DNA of 64,000 nucleotides, taken from IMG/VR virus record IMGVR_UViG_3300007512_000011, positions 50,968 through 114,967 of that record; one strand, written 5' to 3'. Both the position numbers and the translations under genes were made by a program. The notes below the pieces were generated by a model that ran no database searches, was not told the DNA's origin, and saw nothing but the letters and a program-made list of their open reading frames with translations. Each line of letters starts with the position of its first letter. The first letter of the stretch is position 1. The stretch comes from a virus. Below are positions 30,578-38,963 of the stretch, piece after piece.

Positions 30578-33500
30578 CTACTCAAAACTAACTCCAGAAG
30601 TTGTTATAATGAAGTCAATTGCAATAAATTCAACTGCTCTTGTTGGCACTAAGACTATACGACCGTTAAGTCGATTTTGCTCGACATCATTCTGTGTATT
30701 ATTTGACTCGTCCATAACAACGCTGAATTGATCGATCCCTTGCTGGGATTGAATTAGTGATAACAGCGGTGTTACCTGTGCAACAAATCGCGCTCTTGTT
30801 TCTGGTGTGTTCTGTTCGAAAACTATCTTATTGGCCACATCAGAGATGATTCGCTTAGCTTCAAGAAGCATTCGTCTTACATTAACCCTGTCCAGAGCAG
30901 TCCTTGCCTGTTGGAGAGTTTTCTGACCAAATATCACGAATCCAGCATTGGGAAATGTTGCAATTGGGTTAATTTTTGACTCATAGAGATCATCTCGATC
31001 CCCTGCATTAAGGCGAATCTCTGTGTTTACTACAAAGTCTAAAGATGCTCTATTAAATCCTGCTGGTGCGAACCACGGGTATGAAACATTATCATTAAAC
31101 CCTAAGGCTCCCAAGACGGCGACACTAGCAGGTGTTTGAACAATTCTATTATTGATAGGATCTGTGATAGAAACATCTGGAAAATATGCTGCAGCGTAGT
31201 TTGTATCGAGTGCCCTTCCGTCAAATTGCTCTATAGTCTTTGCAACATCGGGTCGATTTGCACTATCTTCATAAAGCCTATTTCCGTCTCCGTCATAAGC
31301 CGGAACATCCAGAACATAAATTGCTTTGCTGTAATCTTCAGCAAGGTCTGTCACAAAGTCTGTCACCTTCCTATCTCGAATGCCTGGAATGACCAGTATA
31401 TTAATTCGTGATGAGAGCTCATCGGTCAGAATCTCTGCTGCTGCCCTGTAGGATAGAACAGTGCTGTTATTCTTTCCGGCACCTATGCCCATTGATGTAC
31501 TCAAACCGATATTCAAGGCGTTGCCGTCTGTGCTACTAGCATTTGCCTCTGAAGCCTTTCCATTTGTATCAGAAGATGTTGCCCTGTCATTGAGCCGAGC
31601 CATATCCCTATCAAGAACATTGACACCGTCAAATCCCCCGTAGAAGAAATTTGTGAACTTAGCAAAGCTTGTGAACTTATTGAAGAACACAGAGCCTGTC
31701 AGTGAGACAAGTGATGCGAAAGTAAGCCTTCCCTTTGAGACTCCATCACCAACAGTATAGAATGTGGGCAGCGGTGTGCCGTTTCTAATGTATGCTGCGT
31801 CTAGCATGTGCTCAGCAGCTGTTCCCGTTATCCGATCGACAATGCCTCTGTTTAGACCAGGGATTCCACTGCCAGTAAATGTGGTAATTGTATTGCCAAA
31901 AGCAACTCTTGCAAGGGTGAATTTATTATTATTAAACTCATCTCTTCCCGCACCTGTCACAAGTAAGTCCATCTCCTGAATTCCAAGCAGCTTTGTGTAA
32001 TTTGAAATTAGAGGGTTAGGCTGGCTCGAAACATTTGGATTAAAAATAGACTCCTTGAGTGTTCCACTAGATGGAACTATCTCGAATTTTGTTCCCCAGT
32101 AAAATCTAGAATCCACCCTCTCAGAATTTCCCGGAGAGCCGGCGAGTCCGCCTGATGCCACCCTGCCCCTTGTCACCTTAAAGCGATATGGGACTGGTGG
32201 AACAATTGATCCTGAAAGTCCACCTCGTAGCTCTGATGTTCCGGGTATTAACGAAATACCTTCCCATGATAGAGCAAGTCTTGTCCCTGCAAATCCCTCT
32301 GATTGGGCAGAGGTGGCATTGTCTGCTAATGTCTCAGTTGTCTTGAGAGCAGGAATGCCATGGAATCCGAAGGGAAGAGCACTGACGGGTATTTTTCCCT
32401 CCTCCACGTTGGGATGCATTATAATCCTTACTCGGCTTGAAACATTTGGATATTTTCCAGATACCAGTAATCTTCTTTCATCGGATGTTTCTGCATCGAA
32501 ATTATAAGCGACCTTCAGATCTCCAACTTTTCTGGCGACGTAATTTTCATCATTTGGATTAAGTGTACAAAGTGGATATTGCTCGAGGATCTCAGGATTA
32601 GTATCAATATCACTAAAAGATCTTACAAGAACGGTAAATGTACCAAACTTATCTTTTGGATCAGTTGATTTTCTAAGTTCTGCAATGGAAACCTTGTACA
32701 GTGTGTTTGCTTCCGATCCATCTGCTATCGTTTCAAAGTGAAATAGATCGTATTCTCTCTTTCCGTATGGCTGTGAAATAAACTTTGTGGTGCGAGGTGT
32801 GCGATATCTGGTATCAAATCGACCGTATGAATCTCTAAAGGCTTCAGATGCTCCATTTTCAGCTGATGTGGTGTTAGTACCTGACGCCAGCCCAACTGAA
32901 AAATCATAATCACTTACAGGTGCTATCTCATGTTCAACAGGAAAGTGAGCGTATAGCAGGTGCTGTTCTTCCTGGAACCTCTCTGGATCAGTGTTAAGAA
33001 CATTTGCGATGTAGTGCTTATTTTCAGGATCAAGAGACGCTGTGAAGATCTTTATCGAAGTGTGTCCTTCTGCGGTTCCAAATCCTGTTGAGGTTGAAGA
33101 TACAACAAGCTTAAACGTGTTAAAGAGAGGGTTTGATGAACCGGATTCAATTGTTGCAACTGAATTTCTTACATCTGCAGGCGAATAAGAACTTGAAGCG
33201 TTCAGTATTTGCATTCGTGTTCCAGTTGCTGACATTATCATGCCACGAACAAGATACACATAGTCTCCGCCGTTGACAATGTCGTAGCTGTCGTTATCAG
33301 TAAAGACTGGAAAACCTATTGTTTCTGTTGATGCAGACACAAAGTGACGCGCTACAAGAAACTGGACCGCACCATTATGGCCAGCGGATCCTCCTCCAGC
33401 GGCTGTACTCTTGATAATAAACCCAGCATTCTTGACGACTCCCTGGGTTATTGTCTTTTCAAAATCTGTTACAGTCTCATTTGATCCTGCGCCTAGCACA

Positions 33501-33751
33501 CGAACAAATGTAAGTGCTGTTCTGTTCTTTAAGAACTCACGAACAGCATAGGGTCCAAACTTCTTGTGATCAAGGGTTCCAAAACGTGCTTCAAAATCCG
33601 CAAATGATCCAACAGTCACAGGAACAAATGCAGGACCGGTCTTCGAAGTTCCCGCAACACCAGCTGGCACACCAATAATTTCTGATTCTCGTTGCGAAAG
33701 ATCGACTTCACGTTCGAAAAACCCTGGTGATCTAAAGATCTGTTCAGCCAT
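30578..33751 (-). CDS. gp18: Tail sheath protein (paralogue 1)
   Basis: SPGFFEREVD, GPAFVP, PWFAPAGFNR, INPIATFP, FGQKTL, LDRVNVRRML, PTRAVEFIAIDF. Confidence 0.92.
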   Translation of the reverse strand: MAEQIFRSPGFFEREVDLSQRESEIIGVPAGVAGTSKTGPAFVPVTVGSFADFEARFGTLDHKKFGPYAVREFLKNRTALTFVRVLGAGSNETVTDFEKTITQGVVKNAGFIIKSTAAGGGSAGHNGAVQFLVARHFVSASTETIGFPVFTDNDSYDIVNGGDYVYLVRGMIMSATGTRMQILNASSSYSPADVRNSVATIESGSSNPLFNTFKLVVSSTSTGFGTAEGHTSIKIFTASLDPENKHYIANVLNTDPERFQEEQHLLYAHFPVEHEIAPVSDYDFSVGLASGTNTTSAENGASEAFRDSYGRFDTRYRTPRTTKFISQPYGKREYDLFHFETIADGSEANTLYKVSIAELRKSTDPKDKFGTFTVLVRSFSDIDTNPEILEQYPLCTLNPNDENYVARKVGDLKVAYNFDAETSDERRLLVSGKYPNVSSRVRIIMHPNVEEGKIPVSALPFGFHGIPALKTTETLADNATSAQSEGFAGTRLALSWEGISLIPGTSELRGGLSGSIVPPVPYRFKVTRGRVASGGLAGSPGNSERVDSRFYWGTKFEIVPSSGTLKESIFNPNVSSQPNPLISNYTKLLGIQEMDLLVTGAGRDEFNNNKFTLARVAFGNTITTFTGSGIPGLNRGIVDRITGTAAEHMLDAAYIRNGTPLPTFYTVGDGVSKGRLTFASLVSLTGSVFFNKFTSFAKFTNFFYGGFDGVNVLDRDMARLNDRATSSDTNGKASEANASSTDGNALNIGLSTSMGIGAGKNNSTVLSYRAAAEILTDELSSRINILVIPGIRDRKVTDFVTDLAEDYSKAIYVLDVPAYDGDGNRLYEDSANRPDVAKTIEQFDGRALDTNYAAAYFPDVSITDPINNRIVQTPASVAVLGALGFNDNVSYPWFAPAGFNRASLDFVVNTEIRLNAGDRDDLYESKINPIATFPNAGFVIFGQKTLQQARTALDRVNVRRMLLEAKRIISDVANKIVFEQNTPETRARFVAQVTPLLSLIQSQQGIDQFSVVMDESNNTQNDVEQNRLNGRIVLVPTRAVEFIAIDFIITTSGVSFE

Positions 33752-33784
33752 TAATATTCTCCCGTACGCAGTTCACTACTGGCT

Positions 33785-33792
33785 ATAAATAT
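33785..33792 (-). promoter_or_regulatory. Late-type motif ATATTTAT upstream of sheath 1 (representative copy)
   Basis: One of about 14 copies of ATA-NN-TA(T/A) upstream of structural genes. Confidence 0.55.
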
Positions 33793-33813
33793 GAGATAAA
33801 TACTCAATTGACC

Positions 33814-35031
33814 TCACTCAAATTCACGCATAATTTCCTTCACAACTCGAGCGCTTGCAACAGTTTCTCCCTTTCTCTGGTTGCGAGTAAGAATGGGGAC
33901 TCTTTTCTCAGTTTTCTTCTTCGTAATTGGGTCAATTGTTGTCTCAACAATCATGACATCAGATGCTCCTCTGCGCAAAGGTGTATTGCCCGATTTGTTC
34001 TTAATTTCAACATCTGACAAGATAAACTTATTTATGTCTCCATCTGAATTTGGACGCTGATCTACTTTAACAATGGGTGCATGTGACTCAAAAATTCCAA
34101 AATCAATCTGCGGTGCTGAGAATGTTCTGCGAAACGGTACTGGTAATCCTGGTTGACTTGGTGCCAAAATGTACGCTGGAACAATCATTGAAAATGTATA
34201 TCGAACTATACGTTCCTCAGACGAGAACTCAGTAAAATTATCAGCTGCTGTTAGTGGTGACTGTAGGTAGGCAACAAACTGATATCCTGTATCTGTCTCA
34301 AGCAAGTAATCATGACCCTGACCGCTGAAGTTGGCCATCATTGTCTCTATTAGCTGATTCATCTGAATCATGTACTGTGTCCAGAAGGTTACCTCATACT
34401 CAAGGGTGACAAATGTAGGATAGGGAATTGTTATAACTTCAAAGATATTGTCATTTAAACTACTTCCGAGAAGCTCTCCTGTCGAGGCTACCTCACTATT
34501 TACACCAACCTTGCTGCGTCGAGTTGCAACTGTATCCTCAATACTGCCACTAAAAGGTCTCGATGACTGATTTTCAAAATTTTTATTCGATGATACATTT
34601 TTCTGATTTTTCAGGCCCATCTTATTGATGATATTTTGGTAGTCTCTATCCTTCTTTCCTAGTCTTCTTTTAATGATATAGCTCTCTTGATCCTTGTGCG
34701 AGATGGGTGTTCTATACCCTGCCTGGGCTGGGTCATGAACAATTCGAACCCTTCTAATCGATATGATTGGTAGAATCAATGTATTGTTATTGTCTCGGAT
34801 GGGCTGGCGTCTGCGAGTTAGCGCAAATCTTTCACCTGTTGAAAATACAACGGGGACCTTGGTAGCCTGCTTATCCACCTCGACAACAAAGCTAAGTTTT
34901 CTATCAAAAAGACGAAACACAGACCTATCTGCATCCTCGACACCGACAGGAGGAATGGAAAAGTCCTCAGGAACGCTGGTTCCAGCGTATGGGTCCTGTA
35001 ATCCTCTCTTTACAATAGTTTCATCTGACAT
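33814..35031 (-). CDS. Tail terminator / sheath stabiliser (gp15-like)
   Basis: KVPVVF...ERF, LPIISI, P.FVTLEYEVTFWT....MNQLIE; lies between neck and sheath. Confidence 0.65.
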   Translation of the reverse strand: MSDETIVKRGLQDPYAGTSVPEDFSIPPVGVEDADRSVFRLFDRKLSFVVEVDKQATKVPVVFSTGERFALTRRRQPIRDNNNTLILPIISIRRVRIVHDPAQAGYRTPISHKDQESYIIKRRLGKKDRDYQNIINKMGLKNQKNVSSNKNFENQSSRPFSGSIEDTVATRRSKVGVNSEVASTGELLGSSLNDNIFEVITIPYPTFVTLEYEVTFWTQYMIQMNQLIETMMANFSGQGHDYLLETDTGYQFVAYLQSPLTAADNFTEFSSEERIVRYTFSMIVPAYILAPSQPGLPVPFRRTFSAPQIDFGIFESHAPIVKVDQRPNSDGDINKFILSDVEIKNKSGNTPLRRGASDVMIVETTIDPITKKKTEKRVPILTRNQRKGETVASARVVKEIMREFE

Positions 35032-35033
35032 CG

Positions 35034-35699
35034 TTAGCTCTCGTCATAAAAGGAAGATCCCGCACCTGTGGAGTCCCCTCTTTCAGATACCTCTGCTGGA
35101 CCAGAAATAGGCTCTGTGAGAACACCTTTCGTCTGTAGATCTCTCTTATCTGCTGTTTCTCCAAGCCGATTTGCAGAAACACCGCGCTGCTGAACAAATG
35201 TCTTTTGCACTGCATCGCCGTCGGAATTCATCTCGTCGGTTGGGCCAAACACCTGAGACTTGAACTGTCCCTTTCTTGCCTGCTTACCAGTAATTGTTAT
35301 GAAAGAGGTAAATTCGATCTCGCCATATATTGTGTTAGAATCTGGAACTTGAATCACCTCAAAAAATACCTCACCGTAGCTGAAGAAATCACCCTCGAGA
35401 ATCTGAATGCCTCTATCGTTTAGGTCCTTCTTTTGGATGTATACCTCGATTGTATAATATTCCTCGCTTCCAAATGTATTGGTTCGAATCTCTTGAGGCA
35501 TATATTGGACAAGTGCCTCTATCTCGATAGGATTATCAAAGACCTTGTTCACTGACTCCTCATAGACATCATGAACTCGAGACTTTACCTTAGAGATTGG
35601 AAAGTAGTATATCTTCTGTCCAACTACATCCTTTACGATCTCTTTAGAGATATCGTTAATAAAGTCTATTTCTCGCTGTGTAATAAAGAATCTTGACAT
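35034..35699 (-). CDS. Neck / head-closure protein (gp14-like)
   Basis: GQKIYYFP...VYEES..KVF...EGDFF; synteny. Confidence 0.7.
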   Translation of the reverse strand: MSRFFITQREIDFINDISKEIVKDVVGQKIYYFPISKVKSRVHDVYEESVNKVFDNPIEIEALVQYMPQEIRTNTFGSEEYYTIEVYIQKKDLNDRGIQILEGDFFSYGEVFFEVIQVPDSNTIYGEIEFTSFITITGKQARKGQFKSQVFGPTDEMNSDGDAVQKTFVQQRGVSANRLGETADKRDLQTKGVLTEPISGPAEVSERGDSTGAGSSFYDES

Positions 35700-35702
35700 C
35701 TT

Positions 35703-36878
35703 TTACCCCATGAATATGGCTAAGCCGTTTGGCATTGGTACGTACTTTAACTGCTTCTGTATTGACTCTGCACGAGCAGCAGCGACCTCCATCAGCTTAT
35801 CATATGTCATCGTGTCAAGCATTTCCTTAAGCTGTGATATTAGGGTAGTCTTATCCTCTCTTCCCTGTGCCACCAGATCAGTTCCATTTAGAGATAGATT
35901 TGCATTTGGTATCGGTATTGAGGCAAACTTTGACCTGATTAGGCCTAACTGCTCCCTGCTTAGCGCAAGAGAATACTGTCGTATCCATTGTCGACCAATG
36001 CTATTGATCCTGTTATACTGTAAGTTTCCAAAGGGCAGATCACTCAAGTTTGACACTCCGTCGATGGTCTCATCTGTGTATGCAGGATTGAGAGGATCGG
36101 AAAAGAATCTCACTCGAATGAATAGCTTCTTGGGATCATCTTTTGTCGGTTGCGGAAATATTCTGATCTTGGTCCCTATCACCTCATAGGAATAATTCGA
36201 GCGTCTAATTCTATTAGATAGATCTAGCTGGCCTGCTCGAAGAATATCCTCAAACACTGGTAGGACATAGAATATTGTCTCAGGTGTGAAGGATTCAAAG
36301 GAAAACTCATTATTAAGATAGTTGATTGCTGATGTGGTGTCAAAGAATCTGTATGCTGCCTGTGGAGAAAAGTGAAACACCTCATTGATTTGCACCTTCG
36401 TTCGGGGGGCAGAGTTCATGCTTGATGAGACGACAAGATTTCCCTGTTCATCCTTTAGCTCATCATAGATGTCGTAATCCTGTCGCCCTTTCTCTAGATC
36501 AATTGATCCTGACATCATATTATACGAGCCTCCAACCCCAGCTTCAAAGGAGTAAGGTTCGGCGAATCGTGTTAGATAGTCAAGATTTTCTCTTGGGTAC
36601 TTGCCTTCTGATCCCGATAGATTGCTTCCAGTTGGCATTCCTAAAAATTGAACAAGCTGTGACTTGGCCTGGTACTGATTTAATATTGAGCCGTACTCGA
36701 GAGCTGCTTCCTCAAGATTTCCCCAAATCTGCTTTTTTGTCAATTCGACGCTTAATACATCATCACCGAGCTTTCTCTTAACAAATACGACAATATTATC
36801 TGCCTCAGTTTTAAACTCAGACTCATCGTTAAAAAATCCAAAAGGCGTCGGATTTGTCGTATTTGCAAATGTTGCCAC
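35703..36878 (-). CDS. Neck / head-tail adaptor protein (gp13-like)
   Basis: RKLG...VELT..Q, WIRQYSLAL....LG.IRSKF..IP......LNG. Confidence 0.8.
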   Translation of the reverse strand: MATFANTTNPTPFGFFNDESEFKTEADNIVVFVKRKLGDDVLSVELTKKQIWGNLEEAALEYGSILNQYQAKSQLVQFLGMPTGSNLSGSEGKYPRENLDYLTRFAEPYSFEAGVGGSYNMMSGSIDLEKGRQDYDIYDELKDEQGNLVVSSSMNSAPRTKVQINEVFHFSPQAAYRFFDTTSAINYLNNEFSFESFTPETIFYVLPVFEDILRAGQLDLSNRIRRSNYSYEVIGTKIRIFPQPTKDDPKKLFIRVRFFSDPLNPAYTDETIDGVSNLSDLPFGNLQYNRINSIGRQWIRQYSLALSREQLGLIRSKFASIPIPNANLSLNGTDLVAQGREDKTTLISQLKEMLDTMTYDKLMEVAAARAESIQKQLKYVPMPNGLAIFMG

Positions 36879-36968
36879 GTTATCTCCTGCTAGGTGTAAT
36901 CCTAAACATAAGTATCAAGACAGGACACAACGATTCTATTTACATTCACTTAATAGAACTTAATAGAG

Positions 36969-36997
36969 AAGAGTCCCGGATATAGGATCCGGGCTCT
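36969..36997. other. Intergenic hairpin
   Basis: AGAG-T-CCCGGAT-N5-ATCCGGG-CTCT; a second inverted repeat TCAGATGTA/TACATCTGA lies at 37043-37068. Confidence 0.45.
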
Positions 36998-37077
36998 CTT
37001 ATAGCTTCTGTTACCTCTCTAACGCAACATATGATTATCTACTCAGATGTAATAGAAAATACATCTGACAGTGACTA

Positions 37078-37419
37078 TCAAAGTCTTTTTAGCCTGAATC
37101 TCTCTACAACACGCTGTCCACCGTGGGGTGCAGGTCCTGGAAAAGTAACTTCAACCCAGCTGTGATCGTTTCCGCCCCAGTCCTGTATTACAGTTACCTT
37201 GCCCTTTGAGGTTCCTGTCTTATCACATAGATATTCGCAGACATCTCCCTCATAGTAAATTGTGCAACCGTTTGAGTTTAGCTCGGGTCTTTTTGCCCGT
37301 GATACAGCCGCAGCCTTTGCAGTCGCCTTGGGAGCGGCCTTGGGAGCACGTGTCGCCTTAGCTGGGGATCTTTTCGATTTTGTAGATGAAGATTTTGTTG
37401 ACTTTAATTTTTCTGCCAT
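37078..37419 (-). CDS. Small basic protein with histone H1-like K/A/P/S/T-rich N-terminus
   Basis: KSTKSSSTKSKRSPAKATRAPKAAPKATAKAAA; small beta-rich C-domain; SD AGGAGA; TACAAT -10 at 37446-37451. Confidence 0.65.
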   Translation of the reverse strand: MAEKLKSTKSSSTKSKRSPAKATRAPKAAPKATAKAAAVSRAKRPELNSNGCTIYYEGDVCEYLCDKTGTSKGKVTVIQDWGGNDHSWVEVTFPGPAPHGGQRVVERFRLKRL

Positions 37420-37478
37420 TGTTTTCTCCTTTGAGCAGCTTTTTGATTGTATCCCTCATGTGAGAGATATTAAAATCA

Positions 37479-37988
37479 CTAGTTAGCTGCTGTATCAACG
37501 AATGTCAGAGTTCCACTGGCAGACAGTGCGTGATACTGGAATCCATCGCACATCAGGGCAACCGCGCAACCTGCAGAAGCGGACAGCTTAAGCTCACCAC
37601 CTGAAGTCTTAGGATTGGCCTGGGCGTCTGTGGCTCCGGCATGCATTGTGCCTGAGACCCCTGTTGGATTCATGCAAAATAGTTTTCCATCACCACCGAC
37701 GGCACCTGGTGCTTCGTCCATGCCTGAACCTGTTAAACAGTGAGACTGATCATGTGTCACCGTGCGGAAAACCCAGAGAGAACCGGGCACTGTTGACGCT
37801 GCTGGTAATGTACCTGTGATGGTTGCAGTTGATGTAAATGTGTAAACACCGCCACGAGATAATGTTGTATTAGCTGTTAGATCAGTGACATCATAGCTAA
37901 CTGACTTCTTGAACTTGCTCTCAATATCTACGCCTGTTCCTGTCTCCTGAACAAGCCCCTTATTGTCGGTTACCTTAATTTTTGGCAT
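37479..37988 (-). CDS. Probable head decoration / fibre protein
   Basis: Start moved to MPKIKVTD (AGGAGA SD). Gly/Thr/Ser-rich with a 'TGTLPAA..PG' fibre-like motif; located near the capsid gene. Confidence 0.55.
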   Translation of the reverse strand: MPKIKVTDNKGLVQETGTGVDIESKFKKSVSYDVTDLTANTTLSRGGVYTFTSTATITGTLPAASTVPGSLWVFRTVTHDQSHCLTGSGMDEAPGAVGGDGKLFCMNPTGVSGTMHAGATDAQANPKTSGGELKLSASAGCAVALMCDGFQYHALSASGTLTFVDTAAN

Positions 37989-38002
37989 AATCATTCTCCT
38001 TT

Positions 38003-38054
38003 GGCCGCATGCTTCCAATTCACCGGCGGGTCGGTTGATTATACGAATTGGACC
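38003..38054 (-). ncRNA. Candidate structured 5' leader RNA (nested stems plus possible pseudoknot)
   Basis: TCCAATTC/GAATTGGA 8-bp stem enclosing ACCG/CGGT; loop CCGC is complementary to GCGG just before the SD. Confidence 0.35.
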
Positions 38055-38110
38055 TGTCTATATCTATTGCGCAAAGACTTTATTTGCACTGATAGAGAGC
38101 ATTTTATCAT

Positions 38111-38872
38111 TCATGTCGCAAAAGAGTAGCCAAACCTTGATATCACATCCCTAAATGCCATTTTGACCTGGATTTTACTCCAGTCGCTATAGTAATCTGT
38201 ATAATGAATTTTTGACTTTCTCTGATTGGCTTTTAAGTGAGGTAGCATCTCTTTCGGCAAGCTTATCACGCCGCAGAGCTTTTCATAATCTTCCTGCAAT
38301 GTCTCATACCTTATGATAGTATCAACATTGTCATAGAATTCACACGTCGATCTACTCAGCCAGTCAATGACTCTATGAAATCCCTCATCTCCCCTTGGGC
38401 CGGTATTAAAATGACCTACAGCCTCTATAAATTGCTCAAATTTTGTCCTCAAAGCATCAGCACTATCCTCCTCACTGGGAGTGATTGTAGAAAATTCATT
38501 TATGCTATCTTCACTTGCATCATAGCATTTTGATATCACACTGTTTGTTGGTGAGTAAAAACACCACCAAAAATATGAAACTGTCATCTCCCATGGGTTT
38601 CTAACAATCGTAAATTTAAAGTAATCGTCCCATGTGTTATCTGTCATTGAATACAGCAGTTGAGGAGATGTGTGCATGTGAAAAATGAGGTTTCCTCTTT
38701 TATCAAGATTATTGCGACCCACATAACCAAACTGCTGTCTCTCATCTGCTATATCAGAGCCAGTTAGGACATCCTCATCACCGCAGTATTTTGCAAGGCA
38801 TGCCTCGACGCTAGAGCCTGCAACCTTGAGTGGTTTGAAAAATATGAATTTCTTAGAGTGTGAAATAATCAT
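38111..38872 (-). CDS. Sulfotransferase family protein (Sulfotransfer_2-like)
   Basis: MIISHSKKFIFFKPLKVAGSSVE (5'-PSB loop), YFKFTIVRNPWE..VS.F (3'-PB), IRYETLQED, Y.DYY...V...F..D...FGY. Confidence 0.8.
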   Translation of the reverse strand: MIISHSKKFIFFKPLKVAGSSVEACLAKYCGDEDVLTGSDIADERQQFGYVGRNNLDKRGNLIFHMHTSPQLLYSMTDNTWDDYFKFTIVRNPWEMTVSYFWWCFYSPTNSVISKCYDASEDSINEFSTITPSEEDSADALRTKFEQFIEAVGHFNTGPRGDEGFHRVIDWLSRSTCEFYDNVDTIIRYETLQEDYEKLCGVISLPKEMLPHLKANQRKSKIHYTDYYSDWSKIQVKMAFRDVISRFGYSFAT

Positions 38873-38903
38873 AGATTATTGTTAATAGGTCAACACATCC
38901 CGT

Positions 38904-38937
38904 AAAAGCAAAAAGGGCGGCCACAAGGGCCGCCCTT
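38904..38937 (-). terminator. Rho-independent terminator after the major capsid gene
   Basis: AAGGGCGGCC-CTTGT-GGCCGCCCTT stem-loop running into TTTGCTTTT on the minus strand. Confidence 0.85.
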
Positions 38938-38963
38938 AAAATTTATTCAGTTAACTTAGTTAA

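Noticed and set aside
33784-33791. Canonical T4 late promoter TATAAATA (also at 50049)
   Set aside because: It is on the non-coding strand with no plus-strand gene to drive; it is better read as part of the palindromic motif.
16393-35031. Bacterial extracellular contractile injection system (suggested by two sheaths)
   Set aside because: Capsid, portal, terminase, protease and replication genes are contiguous with the tail genes, so this is a phage.
38030-38050. Purine riboswitch (TCGTATAAT matches its 5' part)
   Set aside because: The remaining conserved elements (GATATGG, GTTTCTACC, CCGTAAA) are absent.
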